Below are positions 18,187 through 26,245 of a stretch of DNA of 64,000 nt, one piece after another. Position 1 is the stretch's first letter, and every line of letters begins with the position of its first letter. The stretch comes from an uncultured Nitrososphaerota archaeon (lineage in GTDB: Archaea; Thermoproteota; Methanomethylicia; Culexarchaeales; Culexmicrobiaceae). The stretch is from NCBI GenBank assembly GCA_964462875.1, contig CAYWZQ010000001.1:132910-196909 (forward strand). Direction: 5' to 3'. The notes beneath the pieces are model-generated. The model searched no databases and was not told the DNA's origin. It saw only the letters and a list, made by a program, of their open reading frames with translations. A program made the translations under genes and the position numbers.

Positions 18187-18678
18187 GTGCCTTTCACACC
18201 TTTACATCTTGGACCTGCACTGGCTATAGGATTGCCCTTGAGAAAGCACATTCATACACCAACATTCATAATAGCCAATATAATCGTAGATATAGAACCT
18301 CTCATAACGCTCATATTTAATCTCAATTATCCCCTCCATGGCTATCTACATACACTTATGGGTGCATTTATCATAGGTTTAATTCTAGGTTACTTAATGC
18401 ACTTGCTAGAACGGGTACTTAGTTTATTATGGAAGAAACTACACTTAGTATGCAAGACATCCCTTAACTTGAAGGCATTCATTATAGCAGGTACTTCTGG
18501 AACCATATTACATGTTCTTATGGACTCACCGCTTTACTACGACATAAAACCCCTATACCCCATACCTATAAATCCATTTTATAATCCCAGGTTAACCGTC
18601 ATAATTTATGAGACATGCATATTCATGGGCATACTAGGACTACTATATTACTTCTACCTAATAATCAAGGGCAGTTAG
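18187..18678 (+). CDS. Membrane-bound metal-dependent hydrolase (DUF4184/YdjM-like)
   Basis: MPFTPLHLGP, VDIEP, LHGYLHT and HVLMDSPLYYDIKPLYP motifs. Confidence 0.8.
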   Translation: MPFTPLHLGPALAIGLPLRKHIHTPTFIIANIIVDIEPLITLIFNLNYPLHGYLHTLMGAFIIGLILGYLMHLLERVLSLLWKKLHLVCKTSLNLKAFIIAGTSGTILHVLMDSPLYYDIKPLYPIPINPFYNPRLTVIIYETCIFMGILGLLYYFYLIIKGS

Positions 18679-18890
18679 GATAAAGTTTTCATATTGCTCA
18701 GCACCATTAAGATATCATTATTCAATTGAAAACCCAATTTTTATCTAACTACACTGAACATGACTTTAGCTATGTGACTATTAGAGTTGCTTAATGGGAT
18801 CTATTACGCTATTATTAATCACGTTAGCTATATTTGTTGGAGCATAGCGCATATAATCGGGGAAAGATATTGGAACTGGAAAGGTTTTTG

Positions 18891-19382
18891 TTAGGGTTCT
18901 ATATCAAAGGAAATTTCGAGGAGTTGTTTTGAAACTCTAAATCTCGTTTTCCTTATTTTGATGCAGCCTATGTATTTTGACGAGCTAGTATGTCGTTTAT
19001 TGCATGCATTTATATTCCATATACTACCATCAGTATCATAGACAATCACTATACTCAGCTCTCTAATATGCTCCGGTACTGGAAATAGATCGTAAATTAT
19101 ATTTCCATAGATCCTCTCAGCCTCATCCCTCGGAAGAACTTTAACTTCAATTTTAAGATCCTCCTCAATCTTCCTATTTGCAAGCTCCTCAATAGCTCTA
19201 ATCTCATCCGATGTTGGTTTTCGATTAAATTTAACAGTTAAGCGACCATGCTTACCATGCACATAAGTACTTGCAGTCCACATAGCATCAGAACCGAGAA
19301 CCTTGACAACAGCACCCTTAAGCACATGCAGAGCCGTATGGGTGCGCACCTCATCAGGATACACATCCACACAGCCAGACAT
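18891..19382 (-). CDS. alaX: Free-standing AlaX Ser-tRNA(Ala) editing protein; likely start 19382
   Basis: HTALH (HxxxH) and NACNKRH (CxxxH) zinc motifs; SD-like GTGGAG before Met at 19382. Confidence 0.85.
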   Translation of the reverse strand: MSGCVDVYPDEVRTHTALHVLKGAVVKVLGSDAMWTASTYVHGKHGRLTVKFNRKPTSDEIRAIEELANRKIEEDLKIEVKVLPRDEAERIYGNIIYDLFPVPEHIRELSIVIVYDTDGSIWNINACNKRHTSSSKYIGCIKIRKTRFRVSKQLLEISFDIEP

Positions 19383-19508
19383 AGCTCCACTAACAACGAC
19401 ATACGCTCCTTCAAATAAAAAAGTTTCCAAACCTCTATCAACAGTAAGAAGCATGGAAAGCAAAATTAACAAGTAAAGGAGAATGGCGAGCGCTGATGCC
19501 ATTAAGAT

Positions 19509-20564
19509 CTAATCTTCAACTTCCCGTTGAATACTCAAAGAATATTTATACACTAAATTCCCGTCAATCACATATAAGTCAGCATTATAATCATCAATTC
19601 TCCTCATTAGTACTGGCCTACCTAATCCCTCAGCTATTTTCCTTAAAGCATCAATACCATCAACATCAACCACCATGCTACTAGCCTCATCAATCGGAGA
19701 TCCACCAACCTCAATTAAGTAATCCCTTAAAGGCTTCACTACAGAATCAACAGTCTTCCTAGAAAACTTCCGCCTATCAGAGACGTAAATATAGGTTGCA
19801 GGGGCTAAGCAGAATAGGCCGACTCCTAAAACTACATATGAAATATTAAGCTTATTCCTAACATCTTCATTAATAATAATGCTCTTACCAGTAAGTTGCC
19901 CAGGCGCTCTATGCTCCAAATTTAAAATATTAATTACTCTATCACCAGCACCGTGTCTGAAATTTAACCTCAATGTATGATTAATTGGTAATCTAATCAT
20001 ACCATGCCTTGTAACTGATAAGGCAATTATATTGGCAATTAAAAGTAGATCGTGCTCACCCGAATACACTTCAATTTCATCCTCAATATTCCTGATTAAG
20101 GACAATAATTTACCAATATTAAAAGTAAAGTTCTCATTTATTACTACGGTATTATTACCCTTAACATTAAACTTAGGAGTAGTAAGAATAGTTTTCCTCC
20201 ACTTACCGGGGGATACTATGACCATTTTAAAGCTATAAGTTAATACTGTTGATGCAGGTTCACTAACCCTAAATGTAAAGCTATAATTTACATCAATAGA
20301 CCTAACTATGCTTAGGAAAAGTACTCCCTCGCCGGGGCCGAGCATGCTCGCATTATCATAAATTATGTTAGGAATTAAGTGAGCAACATAATTATACCGA
20401 CTGTAGCCTTCATAAGTACATAAAACACGAACTTTCTCCTCAACAACCGGCTCATTAAACAGCATTACAAGCGAAAACGCTGAAGAAGCTATCAGCGCAA
20501 TTGACAGAAGCAATAGAACTACGAACTTAATTTTATTATTTTTAGATAAAACCATGCACCTCAC
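19509..20564 (-). CDS. DUF5305-like membrane-anchored protein of the SipW locus
   Basis: N-terminal TM, YNYVAHLIPNIIYD, beta-rich ectodomain, second TM, C-terminal IDALRKIAEGLGRPVL and YVIDGNLVYKY. Confidence 0.7.
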   Translation of the reverse strand: MRCMVLSKNNKIKFVVLLLLSIALIASSAFSLVMLFNEPVVEEKVRVLCTYEGYSRYNYVAHLIPNIIYDNASMLGPGEGVLFLSIVRSIDVNYSFTFRVSEPASTVLTYSFKMVIVSPGKWRKTILTTPKFNVKGNNTVVINENFTFNIGKLLSLIRNIEDEIEVYSGEHDLLLIANIIALSVTRHGMIRLPINHTLRLNFRHGAGDRVINILNLEHRAPGQLTGKSIIINEDVRNKLNISYVVLGVGLFCLAPATYIYVSDRRKFSRKTVDSVVKPLRDYLIEVGGSPIDEASSMVVDVDGIDALRKIAEGLGRPVLMRRIDDYNADLYVIDGNLVYKYSLSIQREVED

Positions 20565-20624
20565 TCCAAAGATACATGATTAAAGGTAGAAGCAAAATTA
20601 GTATAAAAACTTTATGCAACATTT

Positions 20625-21251
20625 TCAGCCTCCCCCAATATTCCAGCTTGAAGTTTCAATAGTCACTGTGAATTTCAATTGATCAATTGAAGTACAGTTC
20701 TCAAATACAAATTTAAATAGTATTGGAAGCTTGCAATTAGGATCCAAAATTCTGGATATGAATATGCTATATGACGACTCATTTAGTGGAAACCTATATT
20801 TACCATAACTTAAATTGCTACATATCTTTTTAAAGTTAAAGCATTTACAATAACTCGTATAAGCCATATAAATCGTCATATAACCCTCATTTCCACCTAA
20901 AATCAAGTCAAATAATATACATCGAACTCTAATAGGCACAGTCCCTACATTCTTTACAATTAAGTAAAGACAGAAATAATCGCCCTCAGAAACATTATAG
21001 CACTCTACTTGAAGCATTAAATCACCAACCCTATCAACTGAACAATAAAAATTACTATTGCAACAACAGCATTTAGAACATGAATAAGCATTATAACATA
21101 TGATCTTGGAATGGGTTGAACCAACTTTTATTATACCCTGTATTTGCATAAAATCCCTCCAGCAACTATATGCAGCACCATTTATCATCAACACGATGAT
21201 CATGAAGACAAAAATGAGCAATAGTCCACGTTGTCTACCTGATCTACTCAC
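20625..21251 (-). CDS. Cys-rich SipW-cognate exported protein (putative minor fibre subunit)
   Basis: Signal GAAYS|CWRDFMQIQGIIKVG; shares NxGTxP, LDP and terminal WN motifs with the two upstream paralogs. Confidence 0.65.
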   Translation of the reverse strand: MSRSGRQRGLLLIFVFMIIVLMINGAAYSCWRDFMQIQGIIKVGSTHSKIICYNAYSCSKCCCCNSNFYCSVDRVGDLMLQVECYNVSEGDYFCLYLIVKNVGTVPIRVRCILFDLILGGNEGYMTIYMAYTSYCKCFNFKKICSNLSYGKYRFPLNESSYSIFISRILDPNCKLPILFKFVFENCTSIDQLKFTVTIETSSWNIGGG

Positions 21252-22507
21252 TTACACCACCTACCGAACTTCCTCCTCATCCTACGAGCATAATAGAAAG
21301 CTATTAGAACAGTTATCGAGGCAATAACTATTGAAAGCAAGTAATAACCATGAATAAAGCTGACAATAAATCCAATGCAGCGCTTCAAGTAAATTGAAAT
21401 CCAACCAATTTTAGGAATAACTAACAGCAACTTCCCCTTTACCTGACTCGGATGAATGGGATTGAAATCAATCACCTTATTAGCATCACCCTTAGTTATA
21501 AAACGACCACCCCTAATCTCCATAACTCTATGTAAGGTCATACCGCCATCCGAGAAATACAAAATTACATCGCCGGGCTTAATTTTGCTAGCTGGAACCT
21601 TAACAACAAGCGCTATATCGCCAACATCCATTGTCGGCCTCATACTACCACTCAAAACAACTGAAGGAAAAACACCAAGCAACCCAGTACTCAACCAAAC
21701 AGCAAAAACAAATGCCAAAACAACCACTATGAAACCAATAGGCCTATCCTTACTCCACCCACCTTTAAACTCAATTCTCAAGCCAGCACGCCTAAGAACA
21801 CTTAATGGAATAGCATTATCAATTACAATTAAACTCACAGTCGGGGCAACTACACCTATGAGCGATTCAAGACCCCAAGTCAAATCAGGGAGTATTGGCG
21901 AAAACCATTGAAACAATTTCAATGGAGCAAGATAAACTATTGAGCCTAATGGACCGGAGATAAAAGCTAAGTATGAAGCAAGCAAGTTAACTGCTAAGTC
22001 AGGAAGATATTTGGAACCTAAAAATTCAACAATTGAAAAGGGCTTAACTGGAGGATAAAGCATGCTTATTAAGGCGAAAGTTCTACTATAAAAAATAGAG
22101 ACAATTAAGATAGCTAAAATAAACTTCCTCTTGCCATAACTCCTCAAAATGCAAGACCTAGAAAATTCACTACCAATAAGAGAAGCTGAAATCATCATCA
22201 AATTGAGAATCACGTTAACTGGAGTTAACACAACTGGACTTCGACCGTACTTTGAAAATAAACCACCATCAATTTGCATTATTATTTGAAATAATGATGC
22301 CATTAAAGCAACTAATAAAACATAATTGTTAAAATTAAGTAGTAACTCTCTAAAATCACAAGACCATAAAGCTATTAAAGCTACACTTATCCAGCAAATG
22401 GATGGGAAAAAGTATGCAAAATATCCAGAAGGCTTATAGAGATACATTAAGATTTGAATTGCAATTAAAGCACAAATTAAAGGGACATTCCTATCCATGG
22501 AAAACAC
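21248..22507 (-). CDS. sipW: SipW/Sec11-type signal peptidase I fused to a polytopic membrane domain
   Basis: VVLSGSMRPTMDVGD (Ser), TLHRV (His), FITKGDAN...D; about 270-aa multi-TM N-terminal region. Confidence 0.85.
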   Translation of the reverse strand: MFSMDRNVPLICALIAIQILMYLYKPSGYFAYFFPSICWISVALIALWSCDFRELLLNFNNYVLLVALMASLFQIIMQIDGGLFSKYGRSPVVLTPVNVILNLMMISASLIGSEFSRSCILRSYGKRKFILAILIVSIFYSRTFALISMLYPPVKPFSIVEFLGSKYLPDLAVNLLASYLAFISGPLGSIVYLAPLKLFQWFSPILPDLTWGLESLIGVVAPTVSLIVIDNAIPLSVLRRAGLRIEFKGGWSKDRPIGFIVVVLAFVFAVWLSTGLLGVFPSVVLSGSMRPTMDVGDIALVVKVPASKIKPGDVILYFSDGGMTLHRVMEIRGGRFITKGDANKVIDFNPIHPSQVKGKLLLVIPKIGWISIYLKRCIGFIVSFIHGYYLLSIVIASITVLIAFYYARRMRRKFGRWCK

Positions 22508-22524
22508 CCCAATGGTGTTTAATG

Positions 22525-22545
22525 TAAAAAATAGGGAAAATAGAG
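22525..22545 (-). terminator. Possible intra-operon T-rich terminator between the major subunits and sipW
   Basis: Minus strand reads CTCTATTTTCCCTATTTTTTA downstream of the 22572 stop. Confidence 0.4.
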
Positions 22546-22571
22546 GGTACTCTAAGCATCGGCTAACACTC

Positions 22572-23270
22572 CTATGCCTTATTCCACTGAACCGCCACTA
22601 CTTCAACGTATATCTTGTATGTATGGCACTCTTCTGCTTCCTGGTAGAATTCTAAGTCAATTTCACACTTATGAGTACGACACGGGTCGATCTGGTATGG
22701 CAGCTGATTTGTAACTTCAAGCCATATAACGGGTATATCAATACCTATATCGACAACTCCATTACCATTTACGTCCTCGTATAGATCCCCTATGTAATCT
22801 CCATCGGGATCATACCATAGCAATCTATATATCAAGTGACCTGTTGCATTCCTTTTTTCACCAGTTATATTGAAACCCACTAGAGATAGTGGTATTGTTC
22901 CAATATTATGCAACTTAAATGTTGTTCTAACCAAGTATTGTGGATATGCATTATCAACTACAATGACTAGTCTCTTATACCCCTTCTTTCCAGTATGTAC
23001 ATCTGTAATTTCATCTTCATACCAACTACTGCAATTGCCGACATTCTTACCTAGCCATTCCCCTTCATATATCTGTGAATTGTTCCAATAATACTCTATG
23101 CTATGTGGAGGCTCAACCCAATCGAATGCAAGAGTCAGACTTCCCATTTCAGCTGTACCTTGAATAGTAACTCTATCACTCCAGTGAGCGTAGGTAACGC
23201 CGATCACAGAGAGCACCATTATTAAAAGTAAAGAAAGGATGCCAGATTTTCGAGCGTTCATGTTCATCAC
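22572..23270 (-). CDS. TasA/CalY/AbpA-like fibre subunit, paralog 2
   Basis: SipW-class signal GVTYA|HWSDRVTIQGTAEMG, NAYPQY, NIGTIP, QIDPC, EECHTY and VQWNKA. Confidence 0.75.
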   Translation of the reverse strand: MMNMNARKSGILSLLLIMVLSVIGVTYAHWSDRVTIQGTAEMGSLTLAFDWVEPPHSIEYYWNNSQIYEGEWLGKNVGNCSSWYEDEITDVHTGKKGYKRLVIVVDNAYPQYLVRTTFKLHNIGTIPLSLVGFNITGEKRNATGHLIYRLLWYDPDGDYIGDLYEDVNGNGVVDIGIDIPVIWLEVTNQLPYQIDPCRTHKCEIDLEFYQEAEECHTYKIYVEVVAVQWNKA

Positions 23271-23285
23271 CAGCCACTAGCCCGT

Positions 23286-23969
23286 CTATGCCTTATTCCA
23301 CTGTACGAAATCAAGCACCAAGCTGAATGTGTAAGTATGACACTCTTCTGCAGTTTGCTTGAAGTCTATGTCAACAACTACTGGATACTCATGGCATGGC
23401 TCAAGCTGCCAATCCTCCGGTACATAGGCAACTATCCTCACATTCATTACTTCTCCTGCTGGATCAACTAGTGCACCCTCAATTATCCATGCACCTATAG
23501 TATCGTTGTAGACCTCTATATCTACTCTAAAGGATAGATCCTCACCATCAGTTTCATCAAAACCAGAGAACGTAGTATTAACCAGTACTGCAGGTATCGT
23601 ACCAGCATTCTTCAATATAAACTCAATGTGTACATCCCATTGTGGATAAGCATTTTCAAATAACATAGTCAATTTCTTAGCAACCGTCTGTGGTGGTGTG
23701 TGATGCGTACTAGTCTCAAAATCGCTTAATGTAATAGTTGCATTTGCAACCCAAGGCTTGGATGGAGTGAAATCTTCTTCAGGAACACCATTAGTTGTCT
23801 CATAGTAAGTTAGTGAATCATTTAGAATACCTACTATAAGCTCGCCCATGTGAACGGTTCCCTCAATGGTGACAGTATCGCTCCAGTGAGCATAGGTTAC
23901 TCCGAGTACTGTTAGAGCAATTATTAGTAGTCCAAATGTGCTAAATAGACTCTTACTATTCAATATCAT
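23286..23969 (-). CDS. TasA/CalY/AbpA-like fibre subunit, paralog 1
   Basis: GVTYA|HWSDTVTIEGTVHMG, NAYPQW, NAGTIP, QLEPC, EECHTY and VQWNKA; strong SD GAGGTGA. Confidence 0.75.
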   Translation of the reverse strand: MILNSKSLFSTFGLLIIALTVLGVTYAHWSDTVTIEGTVHMGELIVGILNDSLTYYETTNGVPEEDFTPSKPWVANATITLSDFETSTHHTPPQTVAKKLTMLFENAYPQWDVHIEFILKNAGTIPAVLVNTTFSGFDETDGEDLSFRVDIEVYNDTIGAWIIEGALVDPAGEVMNVRIVAYVPEDWQLEPCHEYPVVVDIDFKQTAEECHTYTFSLVLDFVQWNKA

Positions 23970-23983
23970 ATCACCTCTTATGT

Positions 23984-24052
23984 TCGGGCTATCATCGCCC
24001 AGGACCTACTGATCCTAGGCTTTAACGGGGGCTCCCGCTTAGTCCCCCGTGC
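23984..24052 (-). promoter_or_regulatory. GC-rich structured 5' leader of the fibre operon
   Basis: Hairpins ACGGGGG/CCCCCGT (24025-24050) and GCCTAGGATC-AGTA-GGTCCTGGGC (23997-24020), plus a competing GGGC/GCCC stem, in an AT-rich context. Confidence 0.6.
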
Positions 24053-24093
24053 AGGTTAGAATATGAAAATTTATTATGATTATAGATTTCGAA

Positions 24094-24121
24094 TCAATTG
24101 ACCTGAAAATAAACCAATTGG
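24094..24121. promoter_or_regulatory. Paired palindromic boxes upstream of the fibre operon promoter
   Basis: TCAATTGA (24094) and CCAATTGG (24114), 20 bp apart, adjacent to the BRE/TATA-like GAAATCTATAAT on the minus strand. Confidence 0.5.
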
Positions 24122-24144
24122 ACTAAAATATATAAAAATAAATT

Positions 24145-24492
24145 TCATTGAGGCCGCTTTAATTGCAATCGAATTAGAAGGGAATCCAGCTTTTTAAAGT
24201 CATCACTTAATCTGTATAATTTAATTTTCCTGTCACTCATGATTGAGTACTCGATTAATCCGATGTCTATGAGGTATTGGAGTTTATCTGCTGTTTTTGA
24301 ATATGATAGGCCTACTCTTCTTGCCAGCCTTCTTAAAGTTATTTCCTTACTTTTACATATTTCAACTACTATTTTAAATAGTAAGTCTTCATTGAAAACT
24401 CTTTTTGTAAGCTCCATTAGTAGTAGGGTTCGAGCATCAATTTCCCGTGAACTTAGCTCATTTATATTATGATCGGAGGGCTCGATTTTCAA
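24145..24492 (-). CDS. Winged-HTH (ArsR-like) transcription regulator
   Basis: FKIVVEICK, TLRRLARRVGLSYSKTADKLQYLIDIGLI, KLYRLS. Confidence 0.8.
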   Translation of the reverse strand: MKIEPSDHNINELSSREIDARTLLLMELTKRVFNEDLLFKIVVEICKSKEITLRRLARRVGLSYSKTADKLQYLIDIGLIEYSIMSDRKIKLYRLSDDFKKLDSLLIRLQLKRPQ

Positions 24493-24540
24493 TTTTTATC
24501 AAAACTAAATATTCGAATGCTTACGTTATTTAGTTCCGCT

Positions 24541-24568
24541 CCATTTGGGATATTATCAGACCATTTGG
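24541..24568. promoter_or_regulatory. Paired CCATTTGG boxes upstream of the 24145-24492 regulator
   Basis: CCATTTGG at 24541 and 24561, the same 20-bp spacing as at 24094/24114. Confidence 0.5.
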
Positions 24569-24585
24569 ATGAGTGACTTATAAAC

Positions 24586-24867
24586 TCATGTTAGAATATC
24601 CCTAAGTTTTTGATATTTCTTTGAAAGTCTATAAACTTTTACCCTAGGACTTGCATAGAAATATTCCACAACTCCCTTCTCAACTAGGAAATCGAGATGC
24701 TTAGCTAAATTTGAATGCGAAATTCCCACTTTTCTAGCAAGCTCTCTTAAGCTTGCACCCTCAATTTTACATAATTCAACTATTATTCTAAATTTCACAT
24801 TATCCTTATACGTTTGCTTTAAAAATTCGACAAGCATATTTTCATAATTATGTAAATTAGAAGGCAA
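24586..24867 (-). CDS. Winged-HTH (ArsR-like) regulator, paralog of 24145-24492
   Basis: FRIIVELCK, SLRELARKVGISHSNLAKHLDFLVEKGVV, KVYRLS. Confidence 0.85.
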   Translation of the reverse strand: MPSNLHNYENMLVEFLKQTYKDNVKFRIIVELCKIEGASLRELARKVGISHSNLAKHLDFLVEKGVVEYFYASPRVKVYRLSKKYQKLRDILT

Positions 24868-25092
24868 TAATGCACCTCCAAACTTTATTCAACCTGCGAA
24901 ATACTCGTACTTAAAAGGTTTATCTCTTATTACATATATATTTTTGACTAAATTTTTTCAAAAAATTTATGATAGCGAATTTAAAATTGTATAGTTTTTC
25001 ACCTAAACCATCAAGGCGCACTAATAGCCGCTCAGTGGAAATATTTGAATCCTTAGCTTTACTTCATATATTTCGTGAATTTTCATGAATTC

Positions 25093-25150
25093 TTGTCAGT
25101 TGCGAGAAGATTCTTCATCTTTAATCCAGAGACCGTCGTTTCATCATCCA
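25093..25150 (-). ncRNA. C/D-box sRNA, probably guiding 23S rRNA 2'-O-methylation
   Basis: C ATGATGA, guide AACGACGGTCT, D' CTGG, C' ATGAAGA, guide ATCTTCTCGCAA, D CTGA; TTTTAAAT box about 25 nt upstream. Confidence 0.8.
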
Positions 25151-25210
25151 TTTAGTATAGTGGTTTGACACTTAATTTAAAATTTGCTTTTTCTCATCAA
25201 TTAATAGCTA

Positions 25211-26245
25211 TTGATGGGAGATGAAGTTGAATTGAAGTTTTTACTTATAACCTTGCCGGGACTTGAGAAGGCTATTGAAATTGAATTGAGTAGATTTGGG
25301 TTTAATGGGGAAGTGATTTCAAGAGCTAGAGCTGTTGGGGAGCTTAATGAACCAGAGAAATTGCGGACTATTGAATCTTATGCTGAAATTCTCGCTGAAG
25401 ATACTGTTAGGGATGAATCTAGAAGGGGGATTCGACTTTTAATTAGGAGAATCTTGATTGAAAATCCTGAAGTTAGAGATGCTATTGAAAATGCTAGGAC
25501 AGTTACTATTAAAGGCTCAGTGTACTGTAGATTAAAGTGCCTAGATTATAGAATGCTTGAATTAATTGCAGCTAGAGAAATTACTAGGGTTTTTAGGGGT
25601 ATATCAGTTAAGCCGAAAATGGGAGACCTGGTTTTGAGGGTTGAAATTCTAAATAATAAGCTAATAATTGCTAAGGAATTGAAATCTAGGCTTCATGAAA
25701 GAGGCTATACGAGATTCAAGCATCCAGCAATGATCAATCCATTGGCAGCATCATCAATGAGCTTATTAGCTAACATTAGTAGTAGAGACGTAATATTAGA
25801 TCCATTTTGCGGTGCTGGAACTATACCAATAGAAGCGAACTTGACATGTGGATGCGAGGCACATGGATCCGACTTAAATAGGGAATACATTAAGGGGGCA
25901 GTAATTAACTCTAAAGAAGCCAATGTGAGAAGTGGAACATGCTTCTTCATATCATCAATTAAAGACCTCAGCGTAAGAAATGCATATAATGCATTGATAA
26001 CTGATCCGCCGAGGGGCATTAGACTTAAAGTCGATAGCCTCAAAGCAATATATAGGTACCTAATTGAAGCCGCGGGCAAAGCATTATTGGATAAAGGTAA
26101 ACTGATCGTGAGTACATTAAATAGGAATGCCAAATTACTAATTAGAATAGCTGAAATGACTGGAAAATTCAACCTCACAAGTAAAGTAGATTATGTGCAG
26201 GGAGGATACTTCTGCTCAATAATAATCCTCGAATTCACATCCTAG
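25211..26245 (+). CDS. THUMP-domain RNA guanine-N2 methyltransferase (Trm14/UPF0020-like)
   Basis: LHERGY, HPAMINP, LDPFCGAGTIPIEA and TDPPRG motifs. Confidence 0.8.
   Translation: MMGDEVELKFLLITLPGLEKAIEIELSRFGFNGEVISRARAVGELNEPEKLRTIESYAEILAEDTVRDESRRGIRLLIRRILIENPEVRDAIENARTVTIKGSVYCRLKCLDYRMLELIAAREITRVFRGISVKPKMGDLVLRVEILNNKLIIAKELKSRLHERGYTRFKHPAMINPLAASSMSLLANISSRDVILDPFCGAGTIPIEANLTCGCEAHGSDLNREYIKGAVINSKEANVRSGTCFFISSIKDLSVRNAYNALITDPPRGIRLKVDSLKAIYRYLIEAAGKALLDKGKLIVSTLNRNAKLLIRIAEMTGKFNLTSKVDYVQGGYFCSIIILEFTS

Larger units (their letters stand above)
11918..18890. mobile_element. Decaying tRNA-anchored accessory island; right boundary uncertain
   Basis: Begins right after tRNA-Arg(CCG); low coding density, several truncated TA genes, an HTH remnant and repeats; no attR copy of the tRNA 3' end found. 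Confidence 0.6.

Noticed and set aside
19383..19502. Apparent TM/signal extension on AlaX suggesting a membrane-anchored editing enzyme
   Set aside because: An internal Met at 19382 with an SD-like sequence gives a normal-length AlaX; the extension is likely a chance open frame.
22572..23303. Identical 18-nt ends (CTATGCCTTATTCCACTG) of the two subunit genes as a recombination or shufflon site
   Set aside because: Explained by paralogy of the conserved QWNKA-stop; no recombinase nearby.
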